The notes under the pieces were generated by a model. It saw only the letters and a program-made list of their open reading frames with translations. It was not told the origin of the DNA and searched no databases. 64,000 nucleotides of DNA from Gemmatimonadaceae bacterium (GTDB lineage Bacteria > Gemmatimonadota > Gemmatimonadetes > Gemmatimonadales > Gemmatimonadaceae). Position numbers and translations under genes: made by a program. The stretch is taken from the NCBI GenBank assembly GCA_051859245.1, contig JBHYGA010000001.1, forward strand, positions 768,001-832,000, given 5' to 3'. The stretch's first letter is position 1. Each line of letters opens with the position of its first letter. Shown here in pieces: positions 1 through 9,182 of the stretch.

Positions 1-102
1 GTACTCGAAGCCGGCATCGTGCTGTTGGAGAAGCCCTTCACCGAGCAAGCCCTCGCGCGCACCGTGCGCGAAGTACTCGATTCACCCACGGGTTCCGCGT
101 AA
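1..102 (+). CDS. 3' end of a receiver-domain protein (response regulator or hybrid kinase), partial
   Basis: Frame 1 reads VLEAGIVLLEKPFTEQALARTVREVLDSPTGSA*. The KPF motif plus alpha5 is typical of a receiver-domain C-terminus. Confidence 0.75.
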   Translation, partial: VLEAGIVLLEKPFTEQALARTVREVLDSPTGSA

Positions 103-133
103 GCGGCTATCGCGCGAGCAACGGCGTTCGCGC

Positions 134-1915
134 CTACTGCGGCACGGCCGGCAGCCAGACACGGAATGACGCGCCGCTGCCAACGTCACTTTGCACCGTG
201 CAGAATCCGCCCGACTGTGCCACGATGCCGTACACGGTGGCCAGTCCGAGTCCCATGCCACTCCCAACGTCGCGCGTGGTGAAGAACGGTTCGAACACGC
301 GTTCGATTAACTGCGGACTGATGCCATGACCGGTATCTCGCACGGTGACTGTGACCCACGTGCCTGCCGGAACGGACGTCGGTCGTGCCGCGAGCGGCGC
401 ACTGAGCGTGGTGACGCCGGTGGAGATACGCATGACGCCGCCATCGGCCATGGAATCGCGCGCGTTCAACGCCAGTTGCAGTACGACTTCTTCAAGCTGC
501 GCGGCGTCGGCGTGCACGATCGTCGAGTCACTGGCGAGTGACGTTTCGATCGCAATGGTGTCGGGAAACGCGCGCACAATGGCGGGCATCACCGACGCCA
601 GAACACTGTGCAGCGAGACCAACTGCGGATCAAGTAACTGCTGCCGACTGAAGGCGAGCAGTTTGCGCGTGAGTTCAGTGGCGCGCGCCGCGGCTCGTCG
701 GACCTCCTCAATCTCCGTGTGCGCGGCGTCGGCAAACGGCGTTTGCAACATCAACTCAGCGTTGGCGGCAATCACGGTGAGCAAGTTGTTGAAATCGTGC
801 GCCACGCCGCCAGCGAGCAGGCCGATCGCATCGAGCTTCTTCACCTCGCGGGCCTGCGCTTCGCGACGCGCGCGCAGCGTGTCCGCGTGGCGGGCGACGC
901 TGATATCACGCAGTGTGACAATCAGTCCGGGGCCGTGTAGCGACGTGCGCGCATCGAACCATCGGTCACTCGATTGATTGTGCCACGTGCAACTGGTCGC
1001 AGTGTGCGTGTCGAACGCGCGATGCCACGACGCCAGCACCGCACTGTCGATGAGCGCGCCGAGCGCGAGTCGCACGTCTTGTCCCACCAACGACTCGGGC
1101 GCTGCCTCCAGCCACTTGGCCATCGTCGCGTTACACCACGTCACCTGCCACTGTGCGTCAAGGACAACGACGCCATCGGGCAAGGCCGTGAGAATGTCAG
1201 TCGCGAGTGCGCCGACGTGGCGCTCCCGGTGTGAGCCGAGCGACGTCACACGATCGATTGAAGCAGCACCAGTGAGCAACGCGCTTACGGCAATGGACAG
1301 TGATTCAAGCAACTGCACGTCGCCGTCGGTCCACCAGCGCGGTACATCATCCACCACGCACAGCGCGCCGTTCGGACGCCCCGAGCCGTCACGCAGCGGA
1401 ACGGCCACCGCCGACAGCACCCGGTGACCGCGCACGATGGGTGTGCTCTGCAGCAGTGGATGGGCGCGCGTATCTTCGACGATCAGCGGTGCGCCCGACT
1501 GCTGCACCGCATCTGACAGCAGGCCCGTGAGCTCCGTGTCACGCCCAAAAAGGGCTGAAATTCTCGCGTCCGAGCGGTCGGCGGCGCCGGAAACGGCCGA
1601 TTCCAGCTCGTCCGAAGCGACCGCGACCAGTGCAATCGGGACCCCCAGCACCCGACGCGCCACGGCGGCCAGCGCCTCAACGGCACCCACAACGTCACGC
1701 GAGCGGCCACCCGCGACCACGGCGGGGGACCGATCAGCAGAGGCAATTGGACCGATACCTTCCCGCACGCTGTCACGCGAGGGGAACGGGGCCGAGGCGT
1801 GCGTCACAACGGCAGCGGGAGTGGAACGGGGGAGTGCTACGGAGAGCGGTCTGGGGGAATCCCGTAGTGTATCACGCCAAACAAAGTCCTGCCATGCTAC
1901 AGCCCAGCTCGCCAA
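134..1915 (-). CDS. GAF-PAS sensor histidine kinase (CckA/BaeS-like); true start probably downstream of 1915
   Basis: GAF (VPLRDGSGRPNGALCVVDDVPRWW), PAS, H-box GGVAHDFNNLL, N-box LALNARDSM, G1 DTGHGI, F-box FEPFFTT, G2 GMGLGL. Confidence 0.9.
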   Translation of the reverse strand: MASWAVAWQDFVWRDTLRDSPRPLSVALPRSTPAAVVTHASAPFPSRDSVREGIGPIASADRSPAVVAGGRSRDVVGAVEALAAVARRVLGVPIALVAVASDELESAVSGAADRSDARISALFGRDTELTGLLSDAVQQSGAPLIVEDTRAHPLLQSTPIVRGHRVLSAVAVPLRDGSGRPNGALCVVDDVPRWWTDGDVQLLESLSIAVSALLTGAASIDRVTSLGSHRERHVGALATDILTALPDGVVVLDAQWQVTWCNATMAKWLEAAPESLVGQDVRLALGALIDSAVLASWHRAFDTHTATSCTWHNQSSDRWFDARTSLHGPGLIVTLRDISVARHADTLRARREAQAREVKKLDAIGLLAGGVAHDFNNLLTVIAANAELMLQTPFADAAHTEIEEVRRAAARATELTRKLLAFSRQQLLDPQLVSLHSVLASVMPAIVRAFPDTIAIETSLASDSTIVHADAAQLEEVVLQLALNARDSMADGGVMRISTGVTTLSAPLAARPTSVPAGTWVTVTVRDTGHGISPQLIERVFEPFFTTRDVGSGMGLGLATVYGIVAQSGGFCTVQSDVGSGASFRVWLPAVPQ

Positions 1916-2013
1916 AAGTCGTCAATGTCCTATAGCGGAGCTCGCCACAATCAGTAGTTTCCATTTTCATCCGTGACGTTCTGTCGCTTGCTTCGTCTCA
2001 TTTCCCTTTCGCA

Positions 2014-2574
2014 ATGGTCCGACTCCGCGTGCCGTCGCAGCCCACGCTCCGTCCCTTTGATGTGGCGGTGGCTCTGCGTTTGTTACTCGAACCGGAAGAT
2101 CGCTACGAACCGCTAGCCGAGGCGTTGGCCACGAGCACGAGCGCCGTGCATCGCGGTGTGGCTCGGCTGCAGTCGGCGGGGATTCTGCGTGTCGGGAGTC
2201 GCACGGTCGCGCGCCCCGCGCTTCGCGAGTTCCTGCTGCATGGCGTGCGCTACGCGTTTCCACCGGTGCGTGGGCACGACGTGAGCGGCATGCCCACGGC
2301 ATGGTCGCATCCGGCGATCGCGGGATTGTTAAACGCCGAGACGCAGGCGGACGGGATGCGTCCGCACGTGTGGCCCGACGAGGCCGGCACGGTGCGCGGT
2401 GATATGCTGGTGCCGCTGTTCCCCGCGTGTGGCAAAGTGTCGAAGCAGGATCCGCGCTTGTACGAGCTGCTGGCCGCGGTCGACGCGATACGGCTGGGCT
2501 CGCCAGCGGTGCGCCGGCTGGTCAGCGACTTCCTGGCGGAGCGAATCCTCTGGGGCGAGGATCCGGTCGCGTAA
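2014..2574 (+). CDS. Conserved hypothetical wHTH protein, AbiEi-antitoxin-like
   Basis: N-terminal HTH (LAEALATSTSAVHRGVARL), then family-like motifs EFLLHGVRYAFP, GMPTAW, VWP and LYELLAAVDAIR. Confidence 0.6.
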   Translation: MVRLRVPSQPTLRPFDVAVALRLLLEPEDRYEPLAEALATSTSAVHRGVARLQSAGILRVGSRTVARPALREFLLHGVRYAFPPVRGHDVSGMPTAWSHPAIAGLLNAETQADGMRPHVWPDEAGTVRGDMLVPLFPACGKVSKQDPRLYELLAAVDAIRLGSPAVRRLVSDFLAERILWGEDPVA

Positions 2575-2637
2575 GCGCCCGTTGCGCACGAGCCCGTTGC
2601 GCACGAGCCCGTCGCTCAGGCGCCTGTCGCGTAAGCG
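2557..2637 (+). repeat. Imperfect 15-bp tandem repeat (about 5 units) spanning the stop codon of the upstream gene
   Basis: gaggatccggtcgcg / taagcgcccgttgcg / cacgagcccgttgcg / cacgagcccgtcgct / caggcgcctgtcgcg / taagcg. Confidence 0.85.
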
Positions 2638-2663
2638 AGATCAGCCATGCGATCGGTCCGGCA

Positions 2664-3014
2664 CTACCTCGCCACCAGGGCACGCTCCTGTGCCTTGACC
2701 TCGCGCAGCACGCGACCGCACACCAGATCGCACAGGGTGAGTACGTCGTCATCGGCCAGTGAGTAGTATACGAACAGACCATCTTTTCGTCTCGAAACGA
2801 AGCCTGCCGAGTGCAGCTGCTGCAATTGTTTTGACGCGTTTGCCAGTGAAAGCCCTGTCGTTGCCACGAGATCACCCACGGCCATTTCACCGGACTGCAA
2901 TGCGTGCAGCAGGGCCAGGCGCGTGGGTTCGGCAAGCGCCTTGAAGCGGTCGGCCACCTGATCCATCATGGCGGGCGTGAGCGATTTCGGTGCACGACGT
3001 TTGGTAGTGTTCAT
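2664..3014 (-). CDS. ArsR/SmtB-family repressor with C-terminal CxxxC
   Basis: FKALAEPTRLALL, ASKQLQQLHSAGFVSRRKDGLFVYYSL and LCDLVC. ATGA overlap with the upstream gene. Confidence 0.92.
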   Translation of the reverse strand: MNTTKRRAPKSLTPAMMDQVADRFKALAEPTRLALLHALQSGEMAVGDLVATTGLSLANASKQLQQLHSAGFVSRRKDGLFVYYSLADDDVLTLCDLVCGRVLREVKAQERALVAR

Positions 3015-4468
3015 GTCAGCACCTCCGTGCCGTGTTCAATCGGCAATCCCGCGGAACGCCAGCTGGTAAATCCGCCCGTCAGGTTGATCACGTCCTGTCG
3101 ACCGCCGCGCATCAAGACGCTGGCAGCAATCATGGAGCGCGCGCCGCTCTGACACTGCACCACGATCGCACGATGTGGATCGAGTGAGGCGACTTCTGGA
3201 GGCAGCAGCCCGACCGGAATGTTCATCGCGTGCGGGAGATGTCCCGCGGCGTACTCGGAATGCGCCCGCACATCGAGCACCTGCCAATGTTCGGCGTCGC
3301 GACGCGTGGCGAGCGACGTGGCGTCGATCTGCGGCACGATGGCAAAAGACTGTCCACTGCGCTCCCACGCGCCAAACGCCGCCGCATCGAACCAGCCCGC
3401 TACGCGGTCCAGACCGATCAGCATCATGTCGTGCACGGCGCGCTGCACCGATTCGGGCGGAGCATCACCGGTCGCCGTTTCGTCTGTCAACAAGTACAAC
3501 TCGGCGTCGTACGGCAACAGCCAACCGGCCCACGTGGCGAAACTCCGCGAGTACGGTATGGAGAGTGACCCGGGAATGTGCGCGGCCGCAAACGCGGCAG
3601 CGGCGCGTAGGTCTACGATCCACGCGTTCTGACGTGCGAGCGACACGATGGTGTCTGCCGCAAGCAACGTGGGCGGCGCCATGTCGCCAAGCACACGCGG
3701 GCCGTCGCGGTTGATGCGCTTCATCTGGGCAAAGTACGCTGGCGGTTCCGGCTGTCCTTCCAGCACCATGGCAACGAACTCTGTTTCGTTCGTAGTGGCG
3801 ACACCCCAGTTCGCACGTTTTTCGTAGCCAACGGTGGATGAAGGCACGGCACCAAGTGCCTTGCCGCACGCGGAGCCAGCGCCGTGGCCGGGCCACACCT
3901 GCAGATGATCGGGCAGGGCACGAAACTGTTCGAGCGAGTGAAACAAGGTGCGCGCGCTCGCGTCCATGGTGTTCGCGACTTTCGCCGCTTTCTCCAGAAG
4001 ATCCGGCCGCCCGACATCACCAACAAACACAAAGTCACCGGTGATCACGCCCATCGCGCCTGCACCCGCCGGTTGATCCGTGACTAGGAAGGACAAATGC
4101 TCAGGCGTGTGTCCCGGAGTGTGCAAAACATCCACTCGAATGTTGCCAACGTTGATCACATCGCCATGCCGTACGAGTGTGGCGCCGTCAGCCGCGGCAA
4201 AGGCGTACTGCCAGTCGTGGCCACCTTCTGCGGAGAGATACAGTGTCGCGCCCGTGCGCGACGCGAGTTCACGCGCGCCCGATACAAAGTCGGCGTGGAT
4301 GTGCGTTTCGGTGACGTGTGTGATGCGTAGTCCTTCAGCGGCCGCAACCGCGAGGTACGGCTTCACATCGCGCAGCGGATCAACCACCATCGCGTCGCCC
4401 GTCGCCTGACAACCAATCATGTAGCTGGCCTGGGCAAGCGACTGGTCATAGAACTTTCGAAAGAACAC
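3011..4468 (-). CDS. Persulfide dioxygenase-rhodanese fusion (MBL fold plus two rhodanese domains, CstB-like)
   Basis: ETHIHADF, HTPGHTPEH, GDFVFVGDVGRPD, PGHGAGSACGK, C-terminal rhodanese CQSGARS. GTG start at 4468 follows a GGAGGTG RBS. Confidence 0.92.
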   Translation of the reverse strand: MFFRKFYDQSLAQASYMIGCQATGDAMVVDPLRDVKPYLAVAAAEGLRITHVTETHIHADFVSGARELASRTGATLYLSAEGGHDWQYAFAAADGATLVRHGDVINVGNIRVDVLHTPGHTPEHLSFLVTDQPAGAGAMGVITGDFVFVGDVGRPDLLEKAAKVANTMDASARTLFHSLEQFRALPDHLQVWPGHGAGSACGKALGAVPSSTVGYEKRANWGVATTNETEFVAMVLEGQPEPPAYFAQMKRINRDGPRVLGDMAPPTLLAADTIVSLARQNAWIVDLRAAAAFAAAHIPGSLSIPYSRSFATWAGWLLPYDAELYLLTDETATGDAPPESVQRAVHDMMLIGLDRVAGWFDAAAFGAWERSGQSFAIVPQIDATSLATRRDAEHWQVLDVRAHSEYAAGHLPHAMNIPVGLLPPEVASLDPHRAIVVQCQSGARSMIAASVLMRGGRQDVINLTGGFTSWRSAGLPIEHGTEVLT

Positions 4469-4469
4469 G

Positions 4470-5279
4470 CTACACCTCCGAATGATGAGCGACTGAAACG
4501 GCACGCGGCATCGCCGCCGTTGCTTCATGCATGAATACGCGGCGATTCTGGTACATCACGAAACTTCCCACCAACAGCAGCAGCACACCAAACGACTGAC
4601 GCAGTACTGACTGTGGTACGCGTTGCGCGCTGCTGGTGCCAATGGCTACCCCCACCAGTGCGAAGCCGATGAAGGGAATCAGCAGTGCGAAGGGCCATGA
4701 CACCTGTCCGATGTACCCGATCGTACCCGCCGTTGCGTTCATCGCGATCACGGTGAGTGACGTGCCAACGGCGACCCGCATGGGAATGCGCGCGAGTTTG
4801 ACGAGCGCCGGCACAATGAGAAATCCTCCTCCCACACCCACGAGACCGGTGAGCACGCCCACGGACAGTCCGATCGGCGCGAGTTCCGAGATCGCCACAC
4901 GCGCCACTTCGCCGTCGCTGAGCGCCTCACCCTTGCGCGTACGCAGCATCGACACCGCCGCCAACAGCATCACCGTGGCAAACAGCAGCATTTGCGTCTG
5001 TCCGGAAATCCACTGGGCCGCGCGCGCGCCCGCAAACCCGCCAAGCATGGCGAAGGCACCGAACGTGACCGCAATGCGTGCGTGCACGTTGCCGGAGCGC
5101 CAATGCCCGAGCGCGCCGAACGCGCTGCTGAGTGCGACAATCGGGAGTGACGCCGCAATCGCCGTCTTCGCATCGAGGCCTGAGACATACGTGAGCACCG
5201 GCACGGTGAGAATCGATCCACCGCCGCCGAGCATCCCCAGGGCCACGCCAATGAGCAATGCGAACGCGAGGGTTAACAC
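4470..5279 (-). CDS. TauE/SafE-family sulfite/sulfur-compound exporter
   Basis: LGMLGGGGSILTVP and GLVGVGGGFLIVP repeats, about 8 hydrophobic segments. Confidence 0.92.
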   Translation of the reverse strand: MLTLAFALLIGVALGMLGGGGSILTVPVLTYVSGLDAKTAIAASLPIVALSSAFGALGHWRSGNVHARIAVTFGAFAMLGGFAGARAAQWISGQTQMLLFATVMLLAAVSMLRTRKGEALSDGEVARVAISELAPIGLSVGVLTGLVGVGGGFLIVPALVKLARIPMRVAVGTSLTVIAMNATAGTIGYIGQVSWPFALLIPFIGFALVGVAIGTSSAQRVPQSVLRQSFGVLLLLVGSFVMYQNRRVFMHEATAAMPRAVSVAHHSEV

Positions 5280-5301
5280 CCGCTGATCATGCTGGACTGT
5301 T

Positions 5302-5342
5302 CAACCATTTAGAAGAATAGTACGGTTGCGTGCGAAGCGCAA
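5302..5342 (-). promoter_or_regulatory. Putative sigma70 promoter of the tauE operon, overlapped by an imperfect inverted repeat (candidate ArsR operator)
   Basis: Minus strand TTGCGC-N17-TATTCT. Plus strand CAACCAT...ACGGTTG inverted repeat at 5302-5328. Confidence 0.45.
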
Positions 5343-5397
5343 GTTCGCGTGGCGGCGCGGGGCAGCCTGACGGCGCGCGCCACGATGGCAGATCACA

Positions 5398-6126
5398 TTA
5401 CGCGCCGAGCGCGCTCCAGAGGATCGCCGCGAGCGCGGCGCCGATGAGTGGGCCCACCACGGGAATCCACGCGTAGGACCAGTCACTTTCGCCTTTGCCC
5501 GCGATCGGCAGCAGGGCGTGTGCGATTCGTGGTCCCAGATCGCGCGCCGGATTAATGGCGTAGCCCGTGGTTCCACCGAGCGACAGCCCAATGCCCCAGA
5601 CGAGAGCGCCCACGAGCATCGCGCCAAGATTTGTTGCGGGTGCCGCACCGGCCATCCCGCTGGAGCCGAGTGCAAACGCCGCCACCAGCAAGGCAAACGT
5701 CCCGATCACTTCACTCACCACGTTGGGTACGGTCTGTCGAATCGCGGGCGCGTTGCAGAAGCAGGCACGTTTCACGTCGGCGTCGGGTGTGACGCGCCAG
5801 TGTGGCAAATAGTGAAGCCACACGAGGGTCGCACCGAGGATCGCGCCCACAAACTGCGCGCCCACGTGCCACATCGCATCGGGCACGGTGCGATCGCCGC
5901 GCATTACGTTGGCCAGTGTCACCGCGGGATTCAGTTCGCCGGGCGCGCCAAGTGCGAGCGCCGTTGCGACGCCCAGGAATACGGCCAGCCCCCAACCGGT
6001 GGTGATGGCGATCCAGCCTGCGCCGTGTCCCTTTGATTTCTCGAGCAGTACGCCGGCGACCACACCGTTACCAAACAGAATGAGCAGGCACGTACCAACG
6101 AGTTCACCAAGCGCGCTGTTGGGCAT
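5398..6126 (-). CDS. glpF: MIP-family aquaglyceroporin (GlpF-like)
   Basis: Two NPA boxes (ELNPAVT, GYAINPARDLGPR), six TM segments, WSYAWIPVVGP. Confidence 0.9.
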   Translation of the reverse strand: MPNSALGELVGTCLLILFGNGVVAGVLLEKSKGHGAGWIAITTGWGLAVFLGVATALALGAPGELNPAVTLANVMRGDRTVPDAMWHVGAQFVGAILGATLVWLHYLPHWRVTPDADVKRACFCNAPAIRQTVPNVVSEVIGTFALLVAAFALGSSGMAGAAPATNLGAMLVGALVWGIGLSLGGTTGYAINPARDLGPRIAHALLPIAGKGESDWSYAWIPVVGPLIGAALAAILWSALGA

Positions 6127-6285
6127 GCGAGAGCGGCGGAAGTTGAAGGGCAAGTGAAGCACACCGAACGTGCGCGAGGCGAATATGCACGCGGTGCCGC
6201 ACGGCGAACAGACGCAGGCCAGAGGCGTGACGAAGTTGCCACGTGCGCTATGTCGAAGCGCAGGGAAAACCAGTAGTCTCCAGCC

Positions 6286-6936
6286 ATGGCTGATTCGACC
6301 GTTCGCTCACCGAAATCGTCTCTCGCTGCGTCGCGCGCAACCGCGGCGCCGTGGGGCATTCCGGTGCCGGTCAAGCCAAAAGCGCCGACCACCACTGCAG
6401 GTGCGTCCATCCCGGTTGGAAGCGCGCGTCCGCTCACCGCTGGTGCGATACGCAGCGCTCCGGGTGCAACTCGCGCCTCCACGACTACGACAACGGGAGC
6501 ACAGCGCCCGCGAACCACCGGCGCGGCTGTGCGCGCGGTGCGGCAAGCGCGTGTACGCTCCGTGAGCGAACAGCGCACCATTATTGCGTTGATTGCGGCC
6601 GGGGTTGGGTTGTTGCTGGCGTTGAGCGCCATGGGGGCGCAGGCAAAGTTCGCCGTGTCCAATTCCGAACAGGTGATGGGCGGTACGCTTGGCCGTGCGT
6701 CCCTTGCGCAAATGGAGTTTCGGGCCCGCCACGAGCGCTACGCACTGTGGGAAGAGCTCGAAGCCAACGGCATGCGGTTGCCGGAAGACGTGGCCGTAGT
6801 GCATTCAAATGCGAGCATGTCGCATTGGTACCTGCGCTTGCAGGATCGCGCCACGGGCGTGACCTGTGAGCGTATTGGACAGCTCATCGATCCGCCAATG
6901 GATGTCGTGGATCCCACCTGCAAGCGCGCGCCATAG
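6286..6936 (+). CDS. Membrane protein with a low-complexity basic N-terminal tail, one TM helix and a PilA-like C-terminal head
   Basis: The C-terminal ~90 aa align by eye with the PilA at 45005 (MxxxLxxxxxAxxxxxAxxxxY; V-x11-W-x12-C; terminal PxC). No prepilin G|FTLIE motif. Confidence 0.6.
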   Translation: MADSTVRSPKSSLAASRATAAPWGIPVPVKPKAPTTTAGASIPVGSARPLTAGAIRSAPGATRASTTTTTGAQRPRTTGAAVRAVRQARVRSVSEQRTIIALIAAGVGLLLALSAMGAQAKFAVSNSEQVMGGTLGRASLAQMEFRARHERYALWEELEANGMRLPEDVAVVHSNASMSHWYLRLQDRATGVTCERIGQLIDPPMDVVDPTCKRAP

Positions 6937-6989
6937 TCCTTCTGCGTGGCCGCAGTTGCATATGTTGGTCCACCAGCGTTGAATGTGGT

Positions 6990-9137
6990 GTGACCCAACT
7001 CTCTCAGATTCCGAATCGTGTGGCCGTGGTACGTGCCGCACGTTGTCTCGCCGCCGGCGTGTGCATGCTGGCGTCGTCGTCCACACTGGTTGCGGCGCAG
7101 GCCGATACCACGCGCGTTCCAGCCACGATTGAAGAAGTGCGTGTTCGCATCGCGCGCGATGCCGAACGATCGGTGCTCGATTTGCCGTTCGCCATCAGTC
7201 GCGTGTCACCCGATAGTCTGCGTCCGCAACTTCGGCGCGCGAATGTGGGTGACCTGCTCTTTGCGATTCCGGGCGTGCAGGTGCAGACGCGCAACAACCC
7301 CACACAAGATGCGCGCATTGCGGTGCGCGGGTTTGGAGCGCGCAGCGCGTTTGGAGTGCGCGGCGTGAAGGTATTGCGCGACGGCATTCCCATTACGCTG
7401 CCAGACGGGCAAACGCCGATGGACTGGCTCGATCTGGAAAGTGTTGGCAGCGTAGAGGCCATTCGCGGCACTGCGGCGGCGCTCTATGGGAACGCCGCCG
7501 GCGGCGTCTTGGACTTTCGCACGCGTGATGCGGCCAGCGAACCAGCATCCGCGCACGCACGCCTGTGGGACGGTGGTGGTGCACGACGTGCGCAGGTGCT
7601 CGCATCGGGCACGTTGGAATCCGCGCGCGGACCCACGCGTACCTGGTTAGCGAGCGTGGCCCATACACGCACGGACGGACCGCGTAACTACGCCAGACAG
7701 GAAGCCACGAGTGCGTTTGTGCGCGGCGAAGGGAATGTGGGGGGCGCCCGCATTCGCCTCTACGGCAGCGCATTCGACATGCCGCTCGCAGAAAACCCTG
7801 GTGCGCTCACGGCCGATGAACTGTCACGTGATGTGCGACTGGCTGATTCACAATCCGTCGCGCGCGGCGCGAGCAAAACGGTGCGACACGCGCAGCTGGG
7901 TTTCAGCGCAGAACAGGGAACGGCCGATGACGGACTCGCGATTGCCGCATGGGCTGGTGCGCGCGAGTTGGACAATCCGCTGCCGTTCGCGGTGGTGAAC
8001 GTTGACCGCCGGAACCTTGGCATGTGGGTGCGAGGTACATCCACATCGCAGCTTCGCGGACTGACGGCCCGCATGTCAGCTGGCATCGATGTGCAAAGTG
8101 TGAATGACGATCGGCGCAACTTTGAAAACTGTGTGGCACAAGCGACGTCGACACGCTGCCCAACGGCTGGCAGTGATCGCGGAACGCTGCGCCTCGATCA
8201 GCGTGAAGTCGTACAATCCGAAGGCGCGTTTGTTCGCTACGAACTGGGACTGCCGCGCACATTTGAAGCGAGCGTTGCGCTGCGCTGGGACCAGATCCGC
8301 TTTCGCGTGACGGATCGTTTTGTCACGTCAACCGATCGCGACGACAGTGGCGAAGAAGGACAAACGGCGGTCAATCCGATGCTCGGCCTTACGTGGCGGG
8401 TGCGACCGTCTCTCTCCGTGTATTCCAATCTGAGTTCGGCGTTTGAAACGCCAACGGTCACTGAACTCACCACGCAGGCAGACGGCACGGCTGGACTGAA
8501 CGCGGTGCTCAAGCCGCAACGTACGCGCACACTTGAGGCGGGGGTACGCGGATTGCTCGGTACGCGCACGTGGCTCGACGTGGCGCTCTTTGAAGCGCGA
8601 TCGCTGGATGAGCTCGTGCCGTTCGATGTACCGAATGCTCCGGGACGTCGAGCGTTCCGCAACGCCGGACGTACATCGCGTCGCGGGCTTGAGGCGAGCG
8701 TGCGCACGCTTGTTGGTCGCGGCGATATCGGCGTGTCGTACACTGGCTCTCGCTTTCGCTTCGTTGACTACGATGTGAGCGGCACGCGCTTTGACGGAAA
8801 TGTTGTGCCCGGTATTCCGTCGCATCAGGTGCAGGCGTGGAGCACCTGGCGTCTGCAGCGCTGGTTTGTCACGACTGATATGGCGATGGCGTCGTCGGTA
8901 ACCGTGAACGATGCGGGAACGGAACGCGCCGACGGGTGGACTGTGGTCGGCCTGCGCGGCGGCCTGGAACGTGGCGCGTCGATTGGGCGCTGGAGTGTGG
9001 CGCCGGTGTTTGGTATCGAGAATCTGTTCGATGCACGCTACGCAAGCGCGGTGCTGATCAACGCCACGCGCGGCCGATTCTACGAACCGGCGGCGCCGCG
9101 CACCGTCTTTGCCGGACTGCGCATGGACGTGCGATAA
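6990..9137 (+). CDS. TonB-dependent receptor (YncD/FecA-like)
   Basis: Signal peptide, plug motifs IAVRGFGARSAFGVRG and EAIRGTAAALYGNAAGGV, AFETPT, C-terminal ENLFDARY...FYEPAAPR. Confidence 0.93.
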   Translation: MTQLSQIPNRVAVVRAARCLAAGVCMLASSSTLVAAQADTTRVPATIEEVRVRIARDAERSVLDLPFAISRVSPDSLRPQLRRANVGDLLFAIPGVQVQTRNNPTQDARIAVRGFGARSAFGVRGVKVLRDGIPITLPDGQTPMDWLDLESVGSVEAIRGTAAALYGNAAGGVLDFRTRDAASEPASAHARLWDGGGARRAQVLASGTLESARGPTRTWLASVAHTRTDGPRNYARQEATSAFVRGEGNVGGARIRLYGSAFDMPLAENPGALTADELSRDVRLADSQSVARGASKTVRHAQLGFSAEQGTADDGLAIAAWAGARELDNPLPFAVVNVDRRNLGMWVRGTSTSQLRGLTARMSAGIDVQSVNDDRRNFENCVAQATSTRCPTAGSDRGTLRLDQREVVQSEGAFVRYELGLPRTFEASVALRWDQIRFRVTDRFVTSTDRDDSGEEGQTAVNPMLGLTWRVRPSLSVYSNLSSAFETPTVTELTTQADGTAGLNAVLKPQRTRTLEAGVRGLLGTRTWLDVALFEARSLDELVPFDVPNAPGRRAFRNAGRTSRRGLEASVRTLVGRGDIGVSYTGSRFRFVDYDVSGTRFDGNVVPGIPSHQVQAWSTWRLQRWFVTTDMAMASSVTVNDAGTERADGWTVVGLRGGLERGASIGRWSVAPVFGIENLFDARYASAVLINATRGRFYEPAAPRTVFAGLRMDVR

Positions 9138-9182
9138 ACACAAGGCGGCGCGGTGAGTGTCACGCGCCGCCGTCTCGTACGT

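Noticed and set aside
2557..2637. Possible CRISPR array
   Set aside because: The units are 15-bp head-to-tail repeats with no spacers, and no cas genes are present.
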